DNA from: Novakomyces olei
Taxonomy: Eukaryota
Assembly (NCBI GenBank): GCA_016906335.1
Contig: JADEYG010000001.1
Span: forward strand, 930,001-994,000
Reading direction: 5' to 3'
DNA length: 64,000 nucleotides
In this document: positions 38,933-52,459 of the stretch, one piece after another
Layout of the letters: every line of letters starts with the position of its first letter
How positions within the stretch are numbered: the stretch's first letter is position 1
The notes under the pieces: model-generated
Databases searched by the model: none
What the model was told of the DNA's origin: nothing
Seen by the model: the letters and a program-made list of their open reading frames with translations, nothing else
Made by a program: the position numbers and the translations under genes

Positions 38933-39531
38933 AAAGCAAAAAAGCAAAAAAGCAAAAAGATGAAAAAAAAAAATGCGGCTTATAAAGACAAGAATACTAT
39001 CTTTGGGTAAGTGCACAATACCTTTACAGCGAAAGCTCGTATGCGTTGTAGGGGATTAAACCAAGGAGACAAGTGTTTATCAGAGAGTAGCTGACAAATT
39101 CTGTCTACCGTACCTCCATCCTTGGCCACTGAGATTTTGACAAACATGCCTCCGTCCTTGTATCGCGGGTATTCGGCGACTACAGTTGCTGAAGTCTCGG
39201 CCCTTTCCGCTTCTTCTGGTATAATTTTCGTGAGAGCATCTTTCACAAAAGAGCCAACGCGTAGACTATTGGCCCAGCTTCGAAGATCCCATGCAGAAAA
39301 CTTTATGGGGAAAACATTGTCTACATAAATCAAAGCCTCGCCTTCACGGACGGGGATGCGGCCGCTAATAATACTGTTCTGCACAGGATTGGTATTTTGC
39401 CCTGTACCGCTGTGGGAGAAAATGCTCAACCGTCGTACAGACCATAGCTGAAACCCTTTAGTCACAGACGGACTTTTAATGCTTCGAGCAAAGTGCCTTG
39501 ACGATCCAGATCGCAGAGTACTTAGCATCAT
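36206..39531 (-). CDS. YME2: Mitochondrial escape protein 2 (Yme2/Rna12); 7 exons: 39531-39022, 38814-38713, 38584-38043, 37858-37716, 37656-37339, 37207-36795, 36616-36206
   Basis: MTS-like N-terminus, PRYKDGGMFVK, GNPWIEDLNRFPS, RRM LFRQYGKL, NHPRIVLP plus TM, IVQGPRGSGK, RPVVIVDNF, GGRLTDL. The spliced frame is continuous. Confidence 0.92.
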
Positions 39532-39899
39532 TGTTCATGACGTAGTGCTTCAATCCTAAACGAAGGGTCAATACAATATTAATATGAAAATGTACGACAC
39601 ATATATTAATACCGACTATATTTGCGTTACATTATTGCTCATATATACAAGTGCCACATTAATGTATGGGTAATAAAAATACATCTCAATAAATAGACAT
39701 CACAAATAAATAGACATATTCTACTGCAGTTCACGACACTAATCTACAGCACAAACACTTCACGTCAGGCTTGCTGTATACCAAACAAGTGTGCAAAAAA
39801 TTACGCGACTCGGAGAGCTGGTCAAATGTGGAACAAATTAAATAACAGACAAATCAAACGAATTACAAACTCAAATGAAATACAGATCCAAAAGAATTA

Positions 39900-42800
39900 C
39901 TACTTGTGATTCTCAAAGTATGAGTGCAACACGTCCGTGTCACGTTCAAGCCAGTTTAGTCGGGCATTGTCCATGTCCAGGGCCTGTGCAAGCACAGATT
40001 TGTAGACATGAGTATCCTTGTCGCTGAAAAACTCTTCAATTTCCTTGACAATGGCTCGATCTGCATGCTTGTTGACAATACCGCGTACAAAGCGAATAGC
40101 CACAGTATTACTGCTGCCCACACGTTTCCATACGGCTTCGTAATTGTCTCGGAAATAAGCCCACGTAAAGTCCCTAGCCTTTATATTGGCACTAAGCCCG
40201 AGGAAAGGTACATGAATATCCTGGAGCAAAACGGCATCACTAAGAGCAAAGTCGAGTAAAGCTTTCCAAAGGGGCTCCGACTGAGCTGCGGTCAGAGCTG
40301 CTAATGTAGCATCCTTCATATCAGACGTCGGGGCAGTCTTATAGAGCTGAAGAACTTGGTCAAACGCTTCTTTGCCGCCGGTACGAACAACGCTGGAGTA
40401 CATTACGCGACGAACATCAGCTGAAACTGACTCTTGGTCGCCCGCGAAAAACCTTGCAAATTTTTTCTGCATTGCTTCAATTACATGGGCATCTTTAGCA
40501 GAGACAGCAAGCTGAATCATCGAGGCACGCAGCCTTCTTGTCAGCTCATCGTCGCCCTCGCGAGGCTCAAGACCCAACTCTTTAACTTTTGCAGAGATCA
40601 ATTTGGCCGTGAATTGCTGTACACCAGTCTGCACGGCCTCGTCCTTGTACCACGTAGATTTAATGGCAGCAATGCAACTAGCGATGCTCTCCCATACATG
40701 ATAGGCTGATTCCTTGTTGAAATACTGCAGAAGAGTAAGAAGTGCTACCGTGTCGGAGAGACCACTCTGAGCCATGTCCACCGCGTCTGACAAAAGGCCA
40801 ATCCGATCGGCTGTGCTCAATACTTTGCCCGACTGCACAACACCTCCAAGCTTTTGTAGACTATCGAGATCATAGTTAATACGGTAGAAACCGGTGCGAT
40901 CCTTGTTGAAAATGAGTGTAGATCCATCAGAATCGAGAGTGATTTGTTTTGTAGCAAATAAATCGGTTTTCACCGGGTTAGCAGTCGCGTCTACTACTTC
41001 TAGTGGAATTTGCCTTGACGTTAGAACGTGATTTGTACGTAGATAAAAATTATATACAGAAATATATAAACAGACACATATTATAGCAAAAAGAAAAGTG
41101 AACAAAACAATATAATAAAAGAAAGGTTAGACAAAAAGTCAGGTAATGAAATGAACAAAAGAACGGGAGCGAAGAAATTGAATCCAATTAAATAAACAGC
41201 TATTTCTTACCAAATGACTTGATCTTCGTCCCGTTTCACGTCTCCCGTGACAAGGTACCGGCTTTGCCGGAGAGTCAATTTCCCATCAGATTCTGCGACA
41301 TTGACAACAGGGTAGCCAACTTGTTTGATCCAAAGGCGCATAAAAGTTTCCACGTCAGTTTTAGAGACATGAGCAAGAGCTTTCCACAGATCCTCTGTTT
41401 CTGCGTTTCCGTACTTGTGAGCTGACAAGTACTCGGCAACACCATCCAAAAAGGTTTTCTCGCCCAGATACTTGGCCAGCATTCGGATACAGCTACCGCC
41501 CTTGAGGTATGAAATAGCATCAAAGGCCTGTTCTATTTCCTCGGCTGATTTGACTGGGACCTGAACAGGGTGACTGCCGCGTACCGAGTCTAGCGCAAGT
41601 GCAGGCTGCGTCGAGTCCAATACAAATCCGTCCCAGATTCTCCAGTCTATTGGTTAGATACTCTGAGTAAAACGAATAAAAAGGGAATATATATATATAG
41701 TATTTCAACATGTTTTTTACTTTTTTAAATTATTTTTTATTTTATTCTTGATTTTATTCGATTTTATTTGTTGTAAATCATACCTGGATGAAGGTAGTTA
41801 ACAGCGTACCACCCGACCCAAGTGGCAAAGCTCTCATTCAGCCAAAGCGCGTCCCACCATTGCATGGTGACCAAGTTACCAAACCACTGATGTGCCAATT
41901 CATGGGCAACAACATAAGACGCTCTCTCTTTTTGATCCCCAGAAGACGTCTTTGGATCGTGCAATAGTACGGAAGAGCGGTAAGTTATAAGGCCCCAGTT
42001 TTCCATTGCACCGTGAGCAAATTCGGGAATAGCTACCATTGAAGCAGCAGGCAGGGCGTAAGGAATCTTGAAGACACGTGAAAAAAGCTCCAAAATCTGT
42101 GTGGCTTCATGCAGAGCAAAAAGACCAGATTCTTTAAGGCCCGGAGTCGTATAGACCCGGACCTGTACTGGCTTCCCATGGTACAAGGGCTCCTTTGTAA
42201 AGGCTTCAACATACTCGAGTTGGCCAACCACAAATGCCAGGAGGTACGTGCTCATAATTGGAGTCGTTTCAAAGTAGACTCTTTTCACAGTAGCGACATC
42301 GGTCTTGTTTTCCACCTTTCCCTCTACTTTGCCCTTTACTCGGTTTCGCTCCAAATTATCCTCGACCTGGCCTTCCGCATTACTATCTACTTTAGCCTCC
42401 ACCTTTCCCCGCACGTGTCCTTCCACTTTGCCCTCGATTTTGCCTTCAATCTTTCGCTCGGTCTTTAGGCCCTTATGACGGTCTTGATCTCCGCTATGGA
42501 CCTCGCGTGGCGAAAGCGATTCAAGCAGATGAACATGGGACGGATGAGGCTCGCGTGCAGACGCCGTCGGCATGTTGGATAGCGCTGTCCACTGTTTAGG
42601 GACGACAAGCGATACGTCTAGAATTAGACAATGTCCGCATCGATAGTAATTCAAAAATAATTTAAAATTTAAAAATAATAAAAAAATAAGAAAATTAAAG
42701 AATAAAATCATAAAATCATAAAATCAAATCAAATTAAATCAAATTAAATTAAATTAAATTAAATTAAATTAAATTAAATTAAATTAAATTAAAAAAGAAT

Positions 42801-43379
42801 AATAAAAAATAAAAACGAATAATCAATTTGTTTTTATATTTAATCGCTTACCAAACGTAGCTTTCAACGCTGGCTCGTCAAAGCAGGGAAAACAACGACG
42901 GGCATCAGTTGATTCAAACTGGGTGGAAAACATATACTGTTCACGGCCCTTTGCGTCGTGGTACTTGCTGCGATAAAACCCGCACATCTGCCATTAGCAA
43001 AGGCAATAAATTCGCATTCGTGTACAAAACTAACCTTGTTATTAAGTTCGCCCGTAAACAACAAGAGCAGAGATCCCTTGGTCTTTGCACGCAGGGTTTC
43101 CGGGAACACGAGTTTCAGTTCTTGCCGGCGCTCGTCTGCGTCAATGCGGGAAGCATGCAGCTGCTGCTCCAGCTTTGTGCCGACAGCACCAAAAACGGCG
43201 GTACGTACATGCACTTCATGAGCATTAAGCGTAACACTCTCTGTATCCTGCTCAATGTCCACGTCAATGATCACACGGCCCTCGTAGACGTAATTGTCCA
43301 GGTCGAGATGTAAGATGTCCAGTACATAATGGCGCGGCCTGACTGACGTAGGCAGAACTTGTGCTCCTTCGACCCCCAT
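39900..43379 (-). CDS. APE2: M1-family (puromycin-sensitive/Ape2-type) zinc aminopeptidase; exons 43379-43035, 42987-42852, 42617-41784, 41646-41211, 41013-39900
   Basis: [48 protein letters not shown] (HExxH-x18-E), SYLKG, and an ERAP1_C-like C-terminus. Orthology to APE2 versus a paralog is not resolved. Confidence 0.88.
42722..42792. repeat. (AAATT/AAATC)n repeat in aminopeptidase intron 2
   Basis: Read directly; same unit as 25598-25721. Confidence 0.85.
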
Positions 43380-43886
43380 TTCGTCGGATGTGGAGATTGG
43401 CCCGTTGATTATGACAAGTCTAGTGCGCTAGACAAGTAGCATACGCGACGTAATACGCACAAAAATCTAGTCTATTGACGACGCAACAAGTAGTGGCAAT
43501 AGTATAGGTATACGCGATCAGCTAATATATTATCGGATACGTTGAGAAATTGACTCTTATATAACTTTTATTTAATGTTATTTCTTTGAAATAGTTCTGT
43601 CTTTACATGGATAATTCTGTCTCTACATTACTCGTTGAATTCTTCTCCAAATTCTATATTCTGTGTTGAATTATTTTAATTTATTTTGAAGCTCGAACGG
43701 TTGATATTAACTATCTGACTGTAGAAAAGAATGATAATTCAACATATATGTATACGCGATCAGCTAAAATATTATCAGATATTAGACTATCAGCCAATAT
43801 ATTACAAGACGTAACCAGCAATTGCCATTGCTACGTTAAACTCGCCAAATCATTTACGGCCGCCACTATACAATGGCACTTTTATA

Positions 43887-44806
43887 ATGGACGTGATCGC
43901 GTACGGAAGGGTGCAGCAGCTGCTGCCCGTCTCGCCGGACGCAATTGATCCCGTCACAGGTCGGATTAATGTTGAAGCGTACGAGTGTGAACTTGAAAAG
44001 AAGGTGGGTGGCATGCAAAGCGGCCGCTTGACTAGAATGGGGGGCGTAAACAGGAGGCGGGCAAAAAAATAAATAAAAAATAAATGAATGAAAAATAAAA
44101 AAAAATAAATTGTCGACTGAGAATTAGAGGATAACTGAGATCCAAATTAAGCAGCGACAATGATGGCTAATTGTTATAGAAACAGGCTCTTGTGCGCCTG
44201 GGAGCCGATTACTTGAGACCGCCCGGAGTGTCACGTACTATGAACGAGGAGCAGAGGCATCGTGAAGCAGTGATGGAAGCAGAAGAGGAACGGCAGCAGC
44301 AGCGGCTGTTTGCTGATGAAACGGACCACGGCCCACACGGCGCAATTGCAGTGGAACAAGCAGATGGGCCAGAGGACGAGTACAATGACCGTGATCTTGA
44401 TAATAGTGTGGAAAATATGGACTCTATGGGCCCGCAAGAGAGTTCATTGATAGAACAGGACGAGGAAAATGATCGCGAACGTCTAAATCATGCTTCTGAC
44501 GCGTCTGATTCGTCTGTAAATCGACAAAGACGCGTTGCTGCCTCACCGCCCATGATCGTCCCAGGGTATTCTAGTCCAAGGCTCTTTTCGCCAGGTCAGC
44601 AACGCGCTGAACGCGTTGCCGTTTCTTCAGACGTGCTTGTTGCCTATAATCTCAATCCCGCGACTGGAGATGAGGTTGGGGGTAGTGATCAAATTGAACG
44701 GGATTTAGATGATGATATTGAAGATGGCAGCTACATTGATGAGCACGATCTCGACGACGATATTGAAGCAGGAGATTCTGAAATGGACCAAGACAGTTCA
44801 TTATGA
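43887..44806 (+). CDS. APC15: Apc15/Mnd2-like anaphase-promoting complex subunit; exons 43887-44003, 44180-44806
   Basis: Spliced ..ELEKKKQALVRLGADYLRPPGVSRTM.. resembles the Apc15p motif (G-x-x-W/Y-L-R/K-P-P-G-V-x-K/R-T-M), followed by an acidic tail with repeated RDLD(D/N). Confidence 0.72.
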
Positions 44807-45701
44807 AATATGCTAAGGACGCTTGCTGTAGAATTGATTAAAGTGTTATAATCGATTATTTTATTCTTATTTATGTTTGTTTTCGTTATCAATTTCCCCC
44901 TTTTGTACAGGCCATTCTGGTTTAGCCCGTATTTACAACTGCCTCCAACAGACCAGCCTTCTTCTTTAATCTCAGAATTGTCTCAGGCCGTTTGCCAGAA
45001 AATCTTCATTTCCGAATGATCGTAACAGCACAAAGTGCGTCCAACGCTTTAAAGCGCCAAAAATGCAAGTTAAATTGGGGAAATAGTCAAACTTTATGAG
45101 AATAGTATTTGACTTGATAATGCTGAACATTTAACATTTTGTTCCCTTCATCAACTTGTTTCGTTTTGTTATAGTTGGAAGGTTGTCCTTCTTTGTTGAC
45201 TCTTTCCGTTCAACCTTACTTTGTTCTAATAAGAACAATTGTTTCTCTATTTCGCTTTTTATTATTTGCCCGAATTACAGGTAGTTCAAGTAGTGTAAAA
45301 CCACCTGTCTTTCCTCCTACATACGCTTTTTTCCATAGCCTGGGTTCCTCTCTTGAAACTTTCAATATTCAGAACAAACAATATATAATATTTGTTCTTC
45401 GACTTGAACCGAAACAAGTGAAGCTCACAGACAGAGGTGAAATTGAATGACAAAAATTAGAGAGAGCATACTAGTGATCATAAAAATAATAATAATGAGG
45501 TAATCAAGTGGCGAGTTAAAAATAAACTTGAATACTTTAAACGATCAAAAAAGATAGAAACAATTTAGCTATAGTCATAAACGGTAAAAATAAAAATAAA
45601 AATTGTAAAGAAGTAAAAGAATAAAGAAACAATAGATAAAAACGTGGAGGCGTAAATCGCAACACGAATACAACACATCAACTCTCTCCATTCGTTTCTA
45701 T

Positions 45702-47278
45702 TTATTTCTCCTGAGCAGGTACAGCTTTACCACGGGGCTGGTAATTTTCATTATGAGGTCGACGCTGTGCGCTGCCATCTCCACGGTTTGATCGTGGGTT
45801 GCCTCCTCCGTTGCCATTAGCACTACGTCCACGTCCACGTCCACCACGGAAGCCGCCACGGAACCCTCCACGGCTTGTCTTTTTCTTCCTTGTAAATCCA
45901 TCGCTATCGAGATCGCTAGAGCGGGCAGCATTTTCTAAGGACTGTTGATGCTGCTGTTGTTTTGGCTCTGTTGCCTCGACTTGGGCCTCGCCTGGAGTCC
46001 CCGCAAGAGACGTCTGCTGAGCCCATGCGTTGATTGCAGCAGCATTAGCCTCTCCGTCATCAGCAATCCCTACATTAGAAAAAGGCTGCTGTGCACCTTC
46101 AGTAGCAGTACTTTCCTCTGCTTGCTCATTAAACTGTTCTACATGCGAAGCAGGTGCAGGCACTTCCAGCTCGCTGTCGTTGAGGAATCGGATACCCGCG
46201 CTATAGCCGGTGGTAGTGTTATCATGAGGAGCCTGTGGCTCTTCCTCAGCCTGCTCATAGACCCCTTCCACTGAATCGTTGGTCGCGGATTGGGCTACAA
46301 GGTCAATGTACTGCTTAATTTCTTGCTGCATCGTAGCAAAAGTCACTTGCGCTCCCTCGATGACTTGGTCACCAGCTCCAGTATCCAGCCAGGCTGCTAC
46401 CTGCTTGACATTGGGAGGGCACTGGTACAGTAGGGAGAGTAACTTTTCCGATGCATCGTTCACTGCATGATCGCCTGAAGGCTCTACACGCAAGTGTGAA
46501 GCGAATTGCAGAAATTGTGTGACCGATTCAACAACGGACAGCCCTTTGGCAAAGCCCTCGTCAAACGATGCGTTCCTCTCCGCTTCAGCCTGTTTGGCCA
46601 GCTCCCGTCGTTCCTGGTCATGTGCAGATTTCTCTTGGGCAGACAATTCTTCAAATTGCTTGTACAGATCCTCATAGTCACGCAAATGGTTCAGGAAGGC
46701 TTCTTTTCCCGCTAGAATTGCACGCTGATCAGCGTTGAGCTTGTCTGCATCAGGGCCGTTTGCTTGCTCAACAAGTCGGTCAAGTCGTTGCTGCGATTAG
46801 CATTGTAGAACTAAACGATAGAGCAGCAACTATTATACCAATTATGAACGAAAATTTAAATGTATAAATGTATAAATGCATATTTAGAAAAAAAAACAAA
46901 AAAAGCCAATATATACAAAAATGCACAAGACTAGGCGTCTGCAATTCTTGCTGTTAAAATGTCGCAAATTCAATCTTAGCTTTCATTTCATAGTTGAGCC
47001 AGGGATCGTACTTTTTTCTTTTGAAGGGCACGCAATTTCTTGCTGAGAGCGTCCAAATGAAGATCAGGTTTAGGTGTACTGTGCCCGTTCGTAGCCACCG
47101 CGGACGGCTTTGTGGCTTCTGGAGACGCGGCACCCATAGAAATCTCAGTTGGAGCTGAGGAAGTGGCACTTGTTCCTGCCACAGCAGCCTTTGCCGCTTT
47201 CTCAGCACGTTTCCTGGCTCTGTTTGACAAAGCCTGCTGCTGAGATTGGCTTGTAGTCTGCTCAATTGTGGAAACCAT
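45702..47278 (-). CDS. Caprin-1-like (S. pombe Cpn1/YAG7-like) RNA-granule protein; exons 47278-47012, 46790-45702
   Basis: SKKLRALQKKK..LNADQR coiled region, QFLQFAS helix, FLNDSELE motif, and C-terminal RGG repeats (RGGFRGGFRGGRGRGR). Confidence 0.7.
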
Positions 47279-47959
47279 TTTTCAGCTCTGCTTTAGAATA
47301 CAAATTGATCGTCAAGTAAGCGAGATCACTGCCCCGCTTGTTTCTCCGCGCGTTTTTCTCGAGATACTGTAGGCAAAGTTCTTGAAGGAATTAGTACATT
47401 GTGATTATTTGCAAAGCAGGAAAAGTGAGAATGTGTGGTGATTGTATAGAGCAATTGAGAGAGAGATCGAGAACAGCATTGTGCGGCTTACATTGTGTCT
47501 GTAGGAGCGAACGCTTGGGTTCGGCCGGTTTTTAAACCTTTGCTTTGTTAATTTATCGTTTTAGCTTTCAGATTTTTTATTTATCTCGATTTTTTATATT
47601 ATCGATTTTTTATTTTATCGATTTTTGTAGACGCATAAGCTGGTATCGCTTATATTAAAATACAGAATTTTGTAGAGCCTTGGAACAATGGGCGGTACAT
47701 AACTAGTGAGGTGCGTGATAATATATGAAGAATTGTTATACAGAAATTGCAGTATAAAAAAACAGAAATACCGTATTTTTGTGAAAAAAGCAAAACTACG
47801 ATAGCAATAATGCAACTAACTCTAATCATGATCAGTTCCATAAGCTCGTTGACATAAACAGCTTTCCGGCGTTGCCATTCCGGAAATTTGAATAGAATGT
47901 ACCGAGCTTTTGTTCTACTTTCCTACGAAATAAATAATAATTTCACATAATATAATATA

Positions 47960-48047
47960 GATAAATGGATAAATGGATGAACGAATAAATGAATGAATGA
48001 ATGAATGGATGGATGAATGAATGAATGGATGGATGGATAAAATGAAT
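47960..48047. repeat. (GAAT/GGAT)n tetranucleotide repeat just past the CAND1 stop
   Basis: Read directly from the sequence. Confidence 0.85.
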
Positions 48048-48079
48048 AAATATACATCATATCGGCCAAAACGTCTCAT

Positions 48080-51000
48080 TCACAATTGCTCCTGCCGGGC
48101 AGCAAACTCCACCATTTGCGGCTGCGCGGCCAAATCTGGAGCTGCTTGTAGAGCTCTGACAGTACGTAAGCAGGAGCGTCTAAACTCATGGAACCTTTCA
48201 AGCTCCTGCTTCATAGCTGAATCCTTTGGTTTGGCTTGCAATGCCTTGTCATAGACGACGATAATATCCGATAATCGGGGCAATAGTATATGTGGAGCCT
48301 CACCAGCCACTTTAGCCAGCATCAAATTGCACTGGACCCTAATATCTGTGTCCGCATCCCGCTGTAAACCGTCAACCAGGGTATCAAGGAGCGCACCAGT
48401 GTCCTGAGCAAGAACGGCCCTGATCGAAGTGCTCACGATACAAGCCAGAGTCTCAAAGGCGACCCGTCTCACCTCCAGTCCATCGTCCACTGTATGCTTG
48501 AACGGACCCATTTGTACTGTCCTTACAAGGTCAGCATGCACCCTTGTTTCGCCGTACAGTAAGGGCAAAAGCGACTCCAAGTGAGCCTGGACCAGCAGCG
48601 GTTTGTGACGTGCTGCTGAATTTAGTGTGAAAAGAGCCATTCGTCTAACTTTGATATCGCTGTCGCTTAGCAGAGCGAGAAAATCGACAATAGATTGCTG
48701 CAGTAAAGCGTCATACTCACCGCTCGTATCAGTATACGCACGTCGGAAAGCTGAGACGACTACTGCCCTTACAGAAGTCTCCGGGTCAGATAAATGGCGT
48801 TGCAGCTCTGGAACAAGCGTGTACGGGTCCCGTGACGTTAATTCACCAAGACAATCGGCCACTAGTGTCTCAAACTCGTCCGAGTGTGGTGTTTTAGCCG
48901 CGTCGAGCAGACATTTCCATACAGCCGGCAGTGCCTGGTCTAGACTTGCAGATTTGTCATTTTTATCACTAATAGCATGTTCGTTACTGTTGTTGACATT
49001 ATTGTTATCATTATTGTTAAATTTATTGGCAATCTTTTGCCCGTCAATAGCGGCCAGTAAGGCAACCAGGTACAAGTACGTGTCCTGCCCTTCTTGTAAT
49101 TCCCGTATTATATCCTGCCAAAACTCGGGCTGCTGCCCACCAACACCGGCCAGAGCCCGGGCAGCAGCAACACGAACTTGTTCCAGAGGGGAAACAAACT
49201 GAGCAGTCAAAAGTGACCAGCATTCGCTGTATTTACCACGTAATAATCCCGCCCGCCCATATTCTCCAATGCACATAATACTAAACACCCGGACATTATC
49301 TCGGGTTTTTGGCACAGTTGCCACGTTCATTGTCTCGCGTAATTCTACCGTGTCCGGACCAAGCGTGGTCAATGCGTGGGCGTACACTTTAGCCGCTGTG
49401 GGGTACGCAGAGTAATTGAGATCGTCAGGGTTCAGGCAGGCAACAACGGCGGCTAATTGGCCAGTTTCACAGGCAGCGCCCACGTACCGCAGGACACAGG
49501 CAAGAGCACACGTACTACCTTGAACAAGTGGCGATTTAACCGTTGCCAGCACTTGCTCAAGTGTCGCTGGGCCGACAGATCCAGGTGCTGTTTTTACGCA
49601 GGCAGCCAGTACAGAGACAGTAGGCGTCAGCAGGGCAGCATCGTCTGATCGTAGCATTGCTTGAGCCGGGCCCAGGAACTCTGCAAAATTGTCTGCCTGC
49701 ACTAATAAGCTGGCGGCATTGTAAATGGAGACCAACAGATCAACAATATCTACGCAGACCAGTTTCGTATGCCGATCATTGGCCCGCAAAAGGGGCAAAA
49801 CTGCCAACAGAATCTGCTGCACATATCCTTCAGGAAGCGTTCTTACCGGTTGCGTATTTGCTTGTTTGTCTTGAGCAAAATTGGTCCGTTTCTTTGCCGA
49901 ACGAAGTGCAGTTCTAATCGCACTCAGCACAGCAGCACGAGTGTTTTGGTGGGAAACACGGGCCAGCAGAGCGTTCAAGAGCTGTTCATACTGCTTTGCA
50001 TCCACAACAGCAGGTGGAGCGGAAAGCAAAAGGGCCGCCATTCTGATAGCTGCTGCCCTAACATCCACATCGATATCTGCCTGTGATATTTTGGATTGCA
50101 CTACAGCGACAAGCGAAGCAATCGCCTTTGACAGATTTGTTTCAACTGCGATTGAGTCGTTTGTCGCGCTGTTTGTAATATGCACTGACATCGCTCTAAA
50201 CAGAGCCGTTGCAGCAGAAAAGGCCTCTTGAGCGATACGGTAGAACCTGTCGTCCATACACTGCACGAGCGGATCCACAAACAAGAGCAGGTTAGATGTG
50301 CCCCTGGATAAATTCGTAGAGGTAGCAGTACCAGTCTCGGCCAGGCTTTCAAGCAAAACACGGGCCAGTCCCAGGGCTTCCACCTTGATTGTACTCTCTG
50401 TAAAAGACCCCGCTGCGGCTGTCAGTCCCGAGGAGGAGGAGGCGGAAGTAGCAGCAGCAGCAGCAGCTTCACTAGCGGGTGCTCTGCCACTTGCAACTGT
50501 GCTCAGTATCGGCCGTACATAGTACCGAACAAGCGGCCGTATAGCGTCCCTGCCCAGGGCAATAACGAGTCGGCGCAGTAGAATAATGCAGCCAACTCTG
50601 ATACTCTGAGCCTTTGTGGACGACATAAACACTCGTGCGGTTGCCCGGGCAACACGCGGGGCAAACATTACTAGCCTTTGCCAGCAGACATCGTCATCGT
50701 TACTGAACCCGACCGTTTCCATATCCACATCCGCTGCAATAGCTCCCGCTCCACCTTCATTATCGTCCTTGGCCTCTTCCAGGACAGAGCCATAATCGTC
50801 AGTGCGCTCACGCTCCTCATCGTTTTGCTTGTTGAGAAGGGCGGCAGCAGCAGCAGCAGATGCAGCTGCTCCGCTCTCGCTGCCAAAAGAAGTGTATTGC
50901 AGCCGGCGTTTACGTCCGGCCACAGTGGCTCCGGGCGGACGTACTCGAGAAACAAGCAAGGCAAGAGCATCAAGCAAAACTACAGAGACACACTCTTCCC

Positions 51001-52459
51001 TCTCCTTATGCAGACGGATAACAAGCGTCGGGACAATCTCCTCAATGGCATCAGCAACACTGGCCTGGTCGATGCAGGCTTCAATTGCCCTCAGCAATTT
51101 TGCCGCTGACCGACGAACACGCCATGAGCCGTCTTCGTCCTCGTCACCGTAATCGTACTCGTCTTCACTTGCTGCAACATCGCTGCCTCCATCGCTGCCA
51201 GCTCGCTCCCCCTCTTCGCCACTCATGTCTATATCATTTGTATCATCTCCATCGGGGAAATCCCGGTCCGAGTCATCAAGGTCATCATCAGGGCCATCAT
51301 CAATGCCAGAGTAGTTGGGATCAAAGGAACAGAGGCGCAGAGCATCACGCTGTAATCGAGGCAGAAAATGACGAGCTTCAAGGGGACAGCACTGCAAAAA
51401 TGTCTCTAGCGCGATCAATGCAGTGTCCCATAACTGTATGTGCTCCTCATTCAAGTCCAATCCGTACGCTGCTTCCTCGGTATCTGCATCTGATACGGTC
51501 GCAGCATGAAAGGGCTCTGCTACAGAAGGAATGAGAGTACGCAGGTACTGGCCAAAGCGCGACTGGCGCTGAGCTCGGCATATCTGAGTGAGCAAGTTTA
51601 TAACATTGTCCAGCTGTGAGGGTGAGCGTGAGGAATGATTCAGGCTCTCTAGTACAATGCTCATCAACGCATTGAACTCGTCAATTTGCATGTGCATGCT
51701 CAGCATAGCCAGCGCTGATATGACGCGCTTATGCACAGATGCTTTTGGGTGGAACAGAAGGCCCAACAATGCTGGTTGTAGTGAGGATAGCAGAGCCGGT
51801 GTGGCAACCACAGTGGCACCATACTCCGGAATAGAGAGCAGCTCTGTAATCACATCCAACACGTAAACAATATAATCGGACTTGTCGGCACCAAGGACGC
51901 TGATTAGCCGGGGCACCAACCGTGAAACGAGGCTAGGGACGGCCGATTGCTGCCGTGGCAATTGGCCAATTACAGAGCGTAAAGCTAGAATTAGACACTT
52001 TTTTCTTTCTTTTTTTTAAATTTAATATTCCATACCTGTAGCAGCTACACTCCTCTGCTCGTCTGCCGGAGTGTCTTGCGTACCGGAAGGCGAAATTAAA
52101 AGTGTCGTGAGCTGATCCAGCAGCGCCTGGATTTGTGAAAGTTTAAGGCAAATGATTATCGCCGAAAGCCTGTAAACATCAAGTTAGAAATATGGAAGAA
52201 ATTAATTCAGATCGTACCCTTGAACGGCCAAGTTTTGTACTTCTCCACTGGGATCGCGCAATTCATGGACACAGGCATCTGTAATTTTTGCGGCTGACGA
52301 AGGATCTACAAAGGCAGCATCAGCCGCATTTGACGGAGCAGAAGCAGACGCCGACTTTAATAGACTGAGAATATCACTCAACGCCATATAGCGCAAGTCT
52401 TTGTCGGGATGCCGAAGCTTTTCAAGGTGCGAGCGCACCTGTTCCAACGGGAGCAGCAT
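48080..52459 (-). CDS. CAND1: Cullin-associated NEDD8-dissociated protein 1 (CAND1/TIP120/Knd1); exons 52459-52218, 52169-52036, 51984-48080
   Basis: N-terminal DKDLRYMALSD..EVQNLAV, FDPNY plus acidic loop plus SWRVRRSAAK, HEAT repeats, and the C-terminal beta-hairpin VRTVQMGPFKHTVDDGLEVRRVAFE. Confidence 0.93.

Noticed and set aside
47510..47535. GGGTTCGGCC followed by a T run as a tRNA or Pol III gene
   Set aside because: Does not match the B-box consensus, and no cloverleaf or A box could be built.
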